A DNA stretch of 64,000 nucleotides from an uncultured bacterium (GTDB lineage Bacteria; Krumholzibacteriota; Krumholzibacteriia; Krumholzibacteriales; Krumholzibacteriaceae), in the NCBI GenBank assembly GCA_963813815.1, contig CAWFAD010000016.1, forward strand, positions 64,001-128,000. The letters are read 5' to 3'. Below the pieces are notes generated by a model. The model had not been told where the DNA came from and searched no databases. It was given only the letters and a program-made list of their open reading frames with translations. Positions 52,600-62,455 of this stretch are shown piece after piece (position 1 is the stretch's first letter; each line of letters begins with the position of its first letter). Position numbers and translations under genes: made by a program.

Positions 52600-54003
52600 A
52601 TGCTCATCGATTCCCACGTCCATCTCGACATGCGGGAGTTCCGCGACGACCTCGACGCCGTCCTCGAGCGCGCCGCCTCCGCCGGCGTCGTCGAGATGCT
52701 CCAGATATGCTACGACGCCGGATCGATCGCGAGAACGGTCGCCCTCGCGGAGCGCCATCCGGCGGTTTTCGGCGCGGCGGGCATCCATCCCCACGACGCG
52801 AAGCGCTGGAGCGGCGAGGTGGAGCGGGATATCCGCTCCGCGCTCGCGCGGCCCCGAATCGTCGCCGTCGGCGAGATCGGTCTCGATTACTACCGCGACC
52901 TCTCGCCGCGCGAGACGCAGCGGGACGTGTTCCGCCGTCAGATCCGCATCGCTCTCGAGGTTCGAAAGCCGATCGTCGTCCATTCACGGGAGGCGTTCCC
53001 CGACACGATCGCGATTCTGCGAGAGGAGGGGGCCTCGAAGGTCGGGGGAATCTTTCACGCGTTTCCCGGCGGGGTCGACGAAGCGGTGGAGGCGCTCGCC
53101 ATGAATTTTCTCATCGGCGTCGGCGGGCCGCTCACCTACAAGAACTCGCGCCTGCCGGAAACGGTCGCGCACCTTCCCTCGTCCGGCTTCGTGCTCGAGA
53201 CCGACTGCCCCTACCTTCCCCCGGAGCCGTACCGCGGAAAGCGAAACGAGCCCGCGTACGTGGGTCTCGTTCGCGACCGGCTGGCCGCGCTTCGCGGGGT
53301 GGAGCCCGCGGACATCGAGCGCGCCTCCTCCGCGAGCTACCGGCGGCTCATCCACGGCGAGCGCCGTGCGGCCCCCTCAGTCGCGTACGCCCTCAAGGGA
53401 AGCATCTACATCAACGTCACCGGATCGTGCACGAACGCCTGCGTCTTCTGCCCCCGGCTCGGCCGCGACCGGACGATCTACGGCTACAACCTCGCCCTCC
53501 CGGCGGATCCCTCCGCGGGCGAGATGATCGAGGCGGCGCGCGCTCTCGCCCGCGAGGCGGCGCCGCGCGAGATCGTTTTCTGCGGCTTCGGCGAGCCCAC
53601 CTGCCGGCTCGCCGACGTGCTCGAGACGGCCCGCGCGCTCGAGCCCCTCGGAGCGCCGCTCCGCCTCGATACGAACGGGCACGGGAGCGCGATCGCGAGG
53701 CGCGACGTCGTTCCCGATCTCGAGGAGGCCTTCGACGCCGTATCCGTGAGCCTCAACGCCCACGACGCCGCCTCCTACGAGCGGCTCTGCCGGCCGGATC
53801 GCGGCGGGGGGAAGGCCTTCGACGCCGTCCTCGACTTCATCCGGCGCGCTTCGGCGTCGAAGATGCAGTGCACCGCGACGGTCCTCGATCATCCGTGGGT
53901 CGACGTAGACGCGGCCCGGAGGCTCGTGGAGGGGATTCCGGGCGCGCTGTTTCGCGTGCGGCGGTATCACATCCAGCCGGGCGCGGGGAAAAGCGGCATA
54001 TGA
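52600..54003 (+). CDS. TatD-family hydrolase fused to a radical SAM domain
   Basis: DSHVHL, GIHPH, GEIGLDY, ETDCPYL; then YIN.T..CTNACVFC, VFCGFGEP, RLDTNGHG. Confidence 0.92.
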   Translation: MLIDSHVHLDMREFRDDLDAVLERAASAGVVEMLQICYDAGSIARTVALAERHPAVFGAAGIHPHDAKRWSGEVERDIRSALARPRIVAVGEIGLDYYRDLSPRETQRDVFRRQIRIALEVRKPIVVHSREAFPDTIAILREEGASKVGGIFHAFPGGVDEAVEALAMNFLIGVGGPLTYKNSRLPETVAHLPSSGFVLETDCPYLPPEPYRGKRNEPAYVGLVRDRLAALRGVEPADIERASSASYRRLIHGERRAAPSVAYALKGSIYINVTGSCTNACVFCPRLGRDRTIYGYNLALPADPSAGEMIEAARALAREAAPREIVFCGFGEPTCRLADVLETARALEPLGAPLRLDTNGHGSAIARRDVVPDLEEAFDAVSVSLNAHDAASYERLCRPDRGGGKAFDAVLDFIRRASASKMQCTATVLDHPWVDVDAARRLVEGIPGALFRVRRYHIQPGAGKSGI

Positions 54004-54846
54004 TGACCCCCATCGAAAAAAAGTTCCCGCGGGCCAAAAAGAGCCTCGGGCAGAATTTTCTCGCGGCCCCCGCCGTGGCGGAGCATATCGCCGCGGCGCT
54101 CGGGGCCGGCCCGGGGGAGCTCGTCCTCGAGATCGGCCCGGGCCGGGGCGCCCTCACGGCGCCGCTCGCGGCGACGGGGGCGCGCGTGGCCGCCTTCGAG
54201 ATCGACGCCTCCCTCGCCGAGCGCCTGCGGGAGAGCTTCGCCGCGCGGGCGAACGTCGAAATCCTTCTCGCGGACATACGCGAAACGGATCTCGACGCCG
54301 AAGCGGCCTCCCGAGGAGCCGAGACCTTCAAGCTCGCGGGCAACATCCCCTACCAGCTCACGAGCTCGATCCTGATCGATCTCTCGCGGTGGCGGCGCCT
54401 GTGCCGCGGCCGCGCTCATGGTGCAGCGCGAGGTGGGCGAGCGGATACTCGCCGCTCCCGGGAAGCGCGCCTGCGGTATTCTCTCGATTTTTCTCCAGAG
54501 CTACTTTATAATCGATCGTGTCATGACGGTCCGCCCCGGGTCTTTCACGCCGCCCCCGAAGGTCGTGAGCGTGGTTCTCCGTTTCACTCCAACAGAGCAG
54601 GCGAACGCCCCCGTCGACAGGCTCGATTTCCTCGCCTTTCTCAAGGGCTGCTTCGGACAGAGGCGCAAGAAGCTGCGAAACGTCGTCGGCGAGGCGCTCG
54701 CCGGCGAGGGGGCGCCGTCGCTCGAGGATCTCTCCCGCCGAACCGGGATCGATTTCGACGCCCGCCCCGAGGAGCTCGCGCTCGCGCAGTGGTACGGGCT
54801 CTACGGCGCGTCGCGCCGCCCGGCCGGAGAAGGGAGCGCGAGATGA
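54000..54846 (+). CDS. rsmA: 16S rRNA dimethyladenosine transferase; +1 frameshift near 54400
   Basis: KKSLGQNFL, EIGPGRGALT and GNIPY in the first frame; LMVQREV, SFTPPPKV and QRRKKLRN in the next frame. Confidence 0.93.
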
Positions 54847-56811
54847 GGGCGCGGGCGATAGCGTTCATAGCGTGCGCGCTCGTTTCGTGGTGCGCCGCCT
54901 CGCGCCCGGCGGCCGCCGCGGATGCGCCTCAGCAGCCCGCCCAGAGCCCCGTCGACACCGCCGCTCAGGTTCCCGATTCGATCGCGGCCGCGGTCGACCG
55001 CTTCGTTCCGGCGAACGGCACCAGCATGAAGGCGAACGAGAACGACATGAGCCTCGGCAACGTCTCGAGGGTGTCGTTCGACGCGGGCTCGGGCTGGACG
55101 CTTCTGAGTGCGCTCTCGGCAGAGCGGCGTCACTACCGCACGCAGAAGATGACCGACGTCATGGAAAGCTTCATCGTGCAGGCGTCGAAGGTCGCGCCCG
55201 AGCTCTACGTCTTCAACGCCGGCATCGGGCAAAGCTACAGCAAGAAGAAGACCCTCGGTCTCGGGCGCTACGGCAAGGACATCGTTTTCGACAATCAATC
55301 GGCGAACGCGGTCTTGAGTCTCGTCTCGCCGCGCCTCGGCGCGCAGTCGTCGAACCTCACGTTCATGGCGGAGGGGCGCCGCGGCACGAACGACTTCAAG
55401 TTCGACCGGACGGTGGGCGGGAGCGTGAGCGGCGCTCTCGCGTACGCCGCGGGAGACGCCCTCGCCGCGAGCGGCGGATTCGGAACGATGCGGCGCGTCG
55501 AATCGAGCGAGATCGGCGGCCGGAACTTCTCCCGGATGCCGAGCACGGCCGACACGATACGCGCGGGGTTGAGCTACGGAACGGGAGACAAGAAGATACT
55601 CCAGGTGAGCTACCTCCGGAGCAACGGCGTCGAGCGGCAGGTCATGCCGCCGCTCGGCAACTCGCTCGAGATCCTCGACGATCCCTCGAAGGCCACGCAG
55701 GAGGAGGCGCGCGGGCGGCTCCGGGAGCTCAGCGTCGGCTCGGCGCTCGCGCCGTTCGCCTTTCTCTCGATGGACATACAGTTTCTCCACAAGCTCGAGA
55801 GCCAGACCTTCCTCGTCGACAGCCGCCGCTCAGGCGAGAGCGAGAACACGTCGATCGAGGCGAACGGCTACCTATCGATACGCGAAAACGGGGGGGCTCC
55901 GGTTCGGGGTGACGAGAAGCGAGCGCGTGAGCGACTACGGCCCCAAGTCGCTCTCGAGCATGACCATTCGCGAGTATGCGCTTCGGGGAGGCCTCATTCA
56001 GGCCTTCAGCGACTCCACCATCGAGTTTTCGGCGATGGGATCGGGAAGGCTCCAGCAGAACTTTTACAAGCAGAGCGACGTGAACCCCCGCGACGGGGAC
56101 ATGCTCGCCTATAGCGGTGAGGGGACGATCAAGGCCAAGATCCTCCCGCGAGTCTCCGCGAACATTACGGGAGCCGCCTCGCGATACGAGACGATCTACA
56201 TCAACGCGACCCTCTCGGGGGATAACCGCGTCGACTACCAGTACCGGGTCGGCCCCACGATCTACCTCAAGCCTCTCGAGTGGCTGAGCGTCACGCAGGA
56301 TTACACGGTCAAGATCGAGTTCACCGATTTCGTCTTTACCGAGGACAAGAACTACCTCAACCGCAGCACGACGCTCAACACGCGAGCCGACATGACGCCG
56401 ACGCAGCGCACGGCGATCTTCTTTCGCCACAGCTATCTCATGAGGGACACGGGGAGCTACCTGCGAAAGAACGGTCGGGAGCTCTACAGCCCGAACAACC
56501 GGAACATCGAGAACAGCCTCGCTTTCGACGTGAGGTACACGCTGAGCCCCGAGTTTCTGATCAAGGCGCAGGCCGATTTCCGGACGCAGGAGAGCGGCAC
56601 CTACGGCATGATCGGCACGCGGCGGGGGATCGTGCGGACGACGATATACGAGTCCGGGGGGTTCAAGGTCGGTTTCGCGAGAAAGAAGGAGATCTGGAAC
56701 TCCGGGAGCGTCGATCTCGACGTGGCCTACGCGCGGAATTACGGAACGTTCATCACCGAGGCCCGAAAGGAATTTTGGGAAGTCAACTCGGCGGTCAATC
56801 TCAAGTTCTAG
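54843..56811 (+). CDS. Putative outer-membrane beta-barrel protein; +1 frameshift near 55865-55900
   Basis: Signal peptide (PAAA-AD); amphipathic beta-strand pattern continues across both frames; ends WEVNSAVNLKF. Confidence 0.7.
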
Positions 56812-56821
56812 GAGGAATGCC

Positions 56822-57409
56822 ATGAAAAGCGGCAAAATAGCCGCCGCTCTTATCCTCATTCTCGTCTCGTCGCAGGGATGCCTCTTCGACCCGCGCGACT
56901 CCGAGCCGCCGGAGACGGGCGAGGTGGATACCTGGATCGTGCCGAACACGCCGAAAGACGTGTTCCTCAACCTCGCGAGCGGATGGGTCTCGGCCAAGAA
57001 CTCGAACTACGAGAGAAGCCTCGACCCCGAGTTCCGGTTCTACCCCCGCCCCGAGGACGAAGCTCTCTTTGGCAACCCGCAGCTTTTCGCGGACTGGACG
57101 AAGGAGGTCGAGATCGCGTGGCTCACGCGGGTCAAGGAGGAGTACCCGGGCGCGAGAACGATCCAGTTTGGCGATGCCGACGGAGTCTTTGCCTATGAGG
57201 TCGTGGAAGTCGGCAGGGCGACGTATGAGGGCCAATATCTCATGACCGTCGATCCGGGCGATGGAAACGTGGAAACCTACGCCGGGATCGCGCGCTTCAT
57301 TGTCGTTCAGGGCACGCTGGGCTGGGTGCTCACGGAATGGCGGGACCTCGACGTGAACGGCAGCTTCCCGACCTCGGGCTACCTTCGCGGCGTGCTTCGC
57401 GCTTTATAA
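56822..57409 (+). CDS. Hypothetical lipoprotein
   Basis: SQGC lipobox; TP..VF.NL...NY..SL.PEF.F; AGGAGG RBS. Confidence 0.8.
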   Translation: MKSGKIAAALILILVSSQGCLFDPRDSEPPETGEVDTWIVPNTPKDVFLNLASGWVSAKNSNYERSLDPEFRFYPRPEDEALFGNPQLFADWTKEVEIAWLTRVKEEYPGARTIQFGDADGVFAYEVVEVGRATYEGQYLMTVDPGDGNVETYAGIARFIVVQGTLGWVLTEWRDLDVNGSFPTSGYLRGVLRAL

Positions 57410-57462
57410 CGCGGCGTGGCTATAGCATCCATACGTAAGATATACCGGACAGAATTGTCCTC

Positions 57463-57491
57463 TTGATTGCCCCGAGCGGATATGCTATCAT
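57463..57491 (+). promoter_or_regulatory. Sigma70-type promoter
   Basis: TTGATT-N17-TATCAT with extended TG; AGGAGG RBS downstream. Confidence 0.6.
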
Positions 57492-57510
57492 TGCAGCAGG
57501 AGGTTTATGT

Positions 57511-58098
57511 ATGCGCACTATGCCTGCTTCTAGGTTCATCTATACCCTTTTCCTTTTGTCGCTCATCACCGTTTCCGGATGCATCCTGAGCCCCGAGGAG
57601 GATGTGATACCACCCGATCCGACCGAAATCTACAAGCCCCTAACCGACAGGGAAAACGTAATTTATAACCTTGTTCAAACCTATAAGTATACCGACATCG
57701 AAAAATATCAGGAGCTTCTGCACCCCGATTACATCTGGCGCAATCAGGATCTCGATATCGAGCTGGGAAAGGTGCCGAGCGAATTCTATACGCGGGATGA
57801 GGATATCCTAGGCACGAGCGGTCTTTTCAAGGCAAAGCTCGGAACCCACGAGGACCCGGAGGCGGTGGTGGAGTCTATCGAGCTCTTGATCCAGTCCGGC
57901 TCCTGGGTTCCTTTCACCTTAGAAGGCACCCCATGCGAGGATTGCTGGGAGACCTCTCGCATATATGAGCTTACCGTCACGCTGCCCACCAAAACCTTGT
58001 ATGCGAACGATCTCGTGAAATTCGTCGTCGTCCCGGTGATGGTGGATGGGCAGAAGCTCTACAAGATTTGGCGCGGGGACGATGTTCTGAGCAACTAG
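57511..58098 (+). CDS. Hypothetical lipoprotein (paralog A)
   Basis: VSGC lipobox; [23 protein letters not shown]. Confidence 0.85.
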   Translation: MRTMPASRFIYTLFLLSLITVSGCILSPEEDVIPPDPTEIYKPLTDRENVIYNLVQTYKYTDIEKYQELLHPDYIWRNQDLDIELGKVPSEFYTRDEDILGTSGLFKAKLGTHEDPEAVVESIELLIQSGSWVPFTLEGTPCEDCWETSRIYELTVTLPTKTLYANDLVKFVVVPVMVDGQKLYKIWRGDDVLSN

Positions 58099-58135
58099 CG
58101 GCTCTCGGATTCGAATCGAAAAAGGAGATCGGGGG

Positions 58136-58740
58136 ATGATCTCGAAATGCGCGCGCGGCGCGGCGCTCTTCGTCGCGGCCGGGCTGTTCCTTTTTTCCGG
58201 ATGCATCTTCGGGACGGACGACGAGAGCGAGCCGAAGGAGCCCGTGCCCGATTACCGGCCTCTCACCGACAAAGAGAACGTCATCCACAATCTCGTCGAA
58301 TCCTACAAATGGGCCGATATTGAAGAATACACGGAGCTCTTGCATCCCGATTACGTCTGGTTCAACCAGCCCGAGGATGTCATTTTGCGTGGATTGCCTG
58401 AGTTCTATACGCGGGAGCAGGACAGCGCCATGACGGGCGGTCTCTTCAGCGCTAAGCTGGGGACTCACGAGGACCCGCTTGCGGAAATCGAGTCCCTCAC
58501 GCTCACGATCTCGAGCGGCGGGTGGCTCGACGTTACGGAATTGAACGGCGACCCGTGCGAGGACTGCTGGGAGACTGACGCGACCATACGTGCTTATCGT
58601 CACCATGCCGGACGAAGACGCTGTACGCAAACGATCTCGTGAGATTCATCGTCGTCCCCGTGATCGAGAATGAGCAAAAGCTCTACAAGCTGATCCGGGC
58701 CGACGATATCCGCCGCCAATTGACTTTTCCCGCCCCTTGA
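58136..58740 (+). CDS. Hypothetical lipoprotein (paralog B), two +1 indels at about 58577 and 58611
   Basis: FSGC lipobox; [23 protein letters not shown]. Removing two Gs restores [28 protein letters not shown], collinear with paralog A. Confidence 0.8.
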
Positions 58741-58749
58741 AACTATAGT
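58720..58749 (+). promoter_or_regulatory. Candidate sigma70 promoter for yibQ-like/pdxJ
   Basis: TTGACT-N18-TATAGT. Confidence 0.5.
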
Positions 58750-58802
58750 ATCGATGCCGCGCCGGAGCCGCTTCGCTCTTCGACCCTCCGCGCGGCGCAG
58801 CT

Positions 58803-59984
58803 ATGGCCAAGAAGAAATCGCACGACAGACTCAAGTACGTCGCCCTTACGCTCGCGATCGTTTTCATCGCGGCGATCGCCTTCTATCGCTTCCTCAAAAC
58901 CGAGCCCGGCAAGGTCTTTCTCGTCGATCTCGGCGTTTCGAGCGCCTACGAGAGCGTTCAAGCCGGCATGGAGCGGCGCATCGTGCGCGTCCTTCGCCGC
59001 CATGGAGTGCTGAGCAAGCAGATACGGATCGCGGACGACGAGGAATCCGGAGCCGACCGGGTGCGGCTCGTGCGCGCCGAGGCGCCGCCGGACGCTTCGC
59101 TCGTGCAGATCAACGTCGCGATCACCCGCTCGGCGCGGGCCGCGGGCGGCAAGGTGCACTCCTGCCGCGAGGGGAAGGACGGGAGCATCATCACGATGGA
59201 GATCGGCACGAAGCGCGCCGTCACCCACCGCTGCGTCGTGAGAAAGGGCTCCGAGCGCCAGCATTACGCCCAAGCCGCCGTGAAGCGCTCTCCCGTCGTC
59301 GCCGTCTGCGTCGACGACTTCGGCTTTTTCAACAACTCGCTCGTGCGGGAGCTCCTCGAGCTCGATTTTCCGCTCACGATATCGGTCATCCCCGGGCTCA
59401 AGCATTCGGAGCGCATCGCGCGGGCCGCGGCCGAGGCGGGCAAGGACGTCCTCTGCCATCTCCCGATGGAGGCCGACAAGGAGTCTTGGGACGCGGGGGA
59501 GATTCCGCTCATCCGCGTGTCGATGAAGCCGGGCGAGATCGAGCGGGCGATCGCGGAGGCGCTCGAGACGGTTCCCGGGGCGATCGGCATGAACAACCAC
59601 ATGGGCTCGCGGGCCACCGCGGACCGCGACGTGATGGAAACGGTTCTTCGTCTCTGCCGCGCCCGCGGGCTTTTCTTTCTCGACAGCATGACGACCGGAC
59701 GCTCGGTCGTTCGCGAGACGGCCCGCCGCCTCGGCGCGAGCGAGGCGGGGAACGATCTCTTCCTCGACCACGGCGAGGGCACGACCCGCGAGAACATGCA
59801 GAAGCTCCTCTCGATCGCGGCGAGGCGCGGGACGGCGATCGGCATCATTCACGTGCGGAAGGAGACGCCCGCGGATCTCCGCTGGATGGCGGACGAGGCG
59901 CGGAAAGAAGGAATCGATTTCGTCACGATACGACAGATCATAGCGAGACAGGCGATGACGGTCGCCAAAGGAGGGACCCGGTGA
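58803..59984 (+). CDS. Divergent polysaccharide deacetylase (YibQ-like) with N-terminal TM
   Basis: [30 protein letters not shown]. Confidence 0.9.
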   Translation: MAKKKSHDRLKYVALTLAIVFIAAIAFYRFLKTEPGKVFLVDLGVSSAYESVQAGMERRIVRVLRRHGVLSKQIRIADDEESGADRVRLVRAEAPPDASLVQINVAITRSARAAGGKVHSCREGKDGSIITMEIGTKRAVTHRCVVRKGSERQHYAQAAVKRSPVVAVCVDDFGFFNNSLVRELLELDFPLTISVIPGLKHSERIARAAAEAGKDVLCHLPMEADKESWDAGEIPLIRVSMKPGEIERAIAEALETVPGAIGMNNHMGSRATADRDVMETVLRLCRARGLFFLDSMTTGRSVVRETARRLGASEAGNDLFLDHGEGTTRENMQKLLSIAARRGTAIGIIHVRKETPADLRWMADEARKEGIDFVTIRQIIARQAMTVAKGGTR

Positions 59985-59989
59985 CGAGA

Positions 59990-60701
59990 ATGCGGCTCGG
60001 AGTCAACATCGACCACGTCGCGACGGTCCGCGAGGCGCGCAAGACGACGGAGCCCGATCCCGTGACGGCCGCGATGATGGCCGAGCAGGGGGGCGCCGAC
60101 CAGATCACCTTTCATCTGCGCGAGGACCGGCGGCACATACAGAACCGCGACGCGCGGCTCATTAGCGAGCTCGCGCAGACGCGCGTCAACATGGAGATGG
60201 CGGCGACGGCCGAGATGCAGGAGATCGCGCTCGCGCTTCGGCCCGACGCCGTGTGCCTTGTGCCCGAGCGCCGCGAAGAGGTGACCACAGAGGGCGGCCT
60301 CGATCTCGTCCACGCGAGCGATCGCGTCGGCCCGGTCGTGCGGGCGCTTCGGGAGGGAGGGATCGAGGTTTCGGCGTTCCTCAATCCCGATCAGGCCCTC
60401 ATCAAGGAAGCGGCGCGTCTCGGCTTCAGCGCGGTCGAGATTCATACGGGCGAATACGCGCGCGCGGGGCAGCGGCGAGGCGGACCGGGCGCTCCGCGCC
60501 ATCCGGGAGGCCGCCGGCGCGATCACGAAGTACGGAATGCACGCGCACGCGGGGCACGGCCTCACGTACCACAACGTGCAGCCGATCGTCGGCATCGAGG
60601 AGATCGAGGAGCTCAACATCGGGCACAGCATCATCGCGCGCGCCATCTTCGTCGGCATCGAGCAGGCGACCCGCGAGATGGCGGCGCTGCTGCGGCGCTG
60701 A
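59990..60701 (+). CDS. pdxJ: Pyridoxine 5'-phosphate synthase; +1 frameshift near 60465-60475
   Basis: [33 protein letters not shown]; next frame gives [11 protein letters not shown] and [12 protein letters not shown]. Confidence 0.94.
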
Positions 60702-60735
60702 CTCGTATCCGGTATGATTCGAGGATGGGAATGAT

Positions 60736-62283
60736 ATGACCCAAATGTTCGACAAGTTGCGGCGAAACAAGTTGTCCGAATGGCTGGTCCTCGGGGCGGG
60801 GCTCACCACCTTCGTTATTGTCGTTTACGGGATATGTCTTCGATATCCCTTCATCCAAGATGACTGGGGATGGATGGCTCGTTTTCAAGGCGAATCCGCA
60901 AGTTCGATTCTCTCGATGATGTTTCGTGTCGAGGGCACCCTTTTCCAGCGACCGCTCGCCGGGCTGTATCTCTACGGGATGTATCTCGTGTTCGGCGCCA
61001 ATCCGGTGCCCTTTCATGTAATCGCGTTGGCAACCCTTATTGTAAACGCGGTTTTGGTGGCTGCTATTGTGCGATTCATAACGCGGGACCGCGTCGTTGC
61101 ATATGCGTCGTCGTTTATTTATGTGGCCGGCGCGGCCGTGCATCTCGAGACGCTCCTATGGGCAGTAGGAATTCATGATTTGGGAGGCTCGTTATTCTTC
61201 CTGCTGGCGATGCTTCTGTTCCTGCGCGGGCGCCGGATCTCCGGGGCGATGCTTTACGTTGCGGGCTGCTTTTTCAAAGAATCCGTTATTATGCTCCCGT
61301 TTGTGCTCGCGGCCTTTGCAATTATCGGGACGCCTAAAGATAGCAAGGAGAGAATGGTCGATCGATTGAAGGGCCTCACGCCTGTTGCAATTGCGTTCGT
61401 TCTTCTTGTTGCCGTAAAGATGCTCGGCGTCTCGCCGCTATCGCTCGGTTCGGAGCATTCATATTCGATGGGCGTGTTCGGACGCCACGTTTCGAACAAC
61501 ATATTCAGCTATGTGACGTGGATGTCGCAGAGCATTGATCCTTTTTTGAGCTCGAAGGGCGCCACGATGAAATTTGTCGTAAACGATTTGCTGCTTATAC
61601 TCATGGTGGCGACATGGGTGGCGGTGCGGACGCAATCGAAGAACGATGCGCGCACGCTGATCTTTTTTCTTGCATGGCTCGTAGCGGGTCTTTTGCCAGC
61701 GATCTTTTTGGTGAATCATACGTATCGATACTACGCGCTGTATTCACTGCCCGCGTTCATCGCGATCGTTCTCGTCTCTTTGCGTGTGCTGCTCGACGCG
61801 ATGAGAATGCCTCGTATGCGAGTGCAAAGATGTATCATCGCGCTCGCTTGCCTGGCGTCGCTGTTGTCAGCTCTCCAGGCGCACGCCATGCTGCGAGAGA
61901 ATTTTGGGCAGAAAACACTCGCCGACGGGACGAACTGGTTAATAAAGCGTGCGGCGACAGTCATCGTTGTGCGCGAGGGGCTTCAGAGGCAGTTGCCAGC
62001 GCCGCCTGAGGGCGCGACGTTTCTGCTCGGCGACTGCGATCTCGCAGCATTCGACTGGGAGTCAGGCCCTCAATCATGGTATGGGAATCAGAGCATCCGG
62101 GCTTATGCCCTCGAGAACTATGCTTCAGATTTGGAAGGGGCTTATGTTCTCTCTCCTGAGGAGGATGGTAAGGGGGGCGATATACGCAAGAAGCTCCGAA
62201 AAGTCAGGCTTGATGAAGCGCGAATATACGCATTCCGGCTAAGGGACGCTGAACTCATAGCCGTTCCGGCTGGGGCGCCATAA
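60736..62283 (+). CDS. Multi-pass membrane protein, GT-C-like glycosyltransferase
   Basis: DD after the first TM (QDDWGW), FQRPL, P.PFH, KES, YRY.A; many TM segments; lower GC. Confidence 0.65.
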   Translation: MTQMFDKLRRNKLSEWLVLGAGLTTFVIVVYGICLRYPFIQDDWGWMARFQGESASSILSMMFRVEGTLFQRPLAGLYLYGMYLVFGANPVPFHVIALATLIVNAVLVAAIVRFITRDRVVAYASSFIYVAGAAVHLETLLWAVGIHDLGGSLFFLLAMLLFLRGRRISGAMLYVAGCFFKESVIMLPFVLAAFAIIGTPKDSKERMVDRLKGLTPVAIAFVLLVAVKMLGVSPLSLGSEHSYSMGVFGRHVSNNIFSYVTWMSQSIDPFLSSKGATMKFVVNDLLLILMVATWVAVRTQSKNDARTLIFFLAWLVAGLLPAIFLVNHTYRYYALYSLPAFIAIVLVSLRVLLDAMRMPRMRVQRCIIALACLASLLSALQAHAMLRENFGQKTLADGTNWLIKRAATVIVVREGLQRQLPAPPEGATFLLGDCDLAAFDWESGPQSWYGNQSIRAYALENYASDLEGAYVLSPEEDGKGGDIRKKLRKVRLDEARIYAFRLRDAELIAVPAGAP

Positions 62284-62455
62284 AATGTGTAGGAAACACG
62301 AATAGCGCTGCAACGGAAGGAAGAATAAGGGATTGATCCCCAATGCTCTGGGGCATAGATTGCCGAAGGAAAAGGTGAGAAAACCGTTGCTAACTAAATG
62401 GGGCCCGAATACGATTATGCAGCGGCTTGTTCTCTGTTGAAAGGAGGCGATGGTC

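Noticed and set aside
52707..56114. 1135-aa apparent RsmA/barrel fusion
   Set aside because: Artefact of frameshifts joining a shadow frame, the rsmA 5' half and the barrel 5' half.
58754..60739. 661-aa ORF ending in PdxJ-like sequence
   Set aside because: Shadow frame over the yibQ-like gene running into frameshifted pdxJ.
62361..62380. GCCGAAGG as a glycine riboswitch core
   Set aside because: Lacks the GGAGA and CTCAGG elements, and the downstream gene does not fit.
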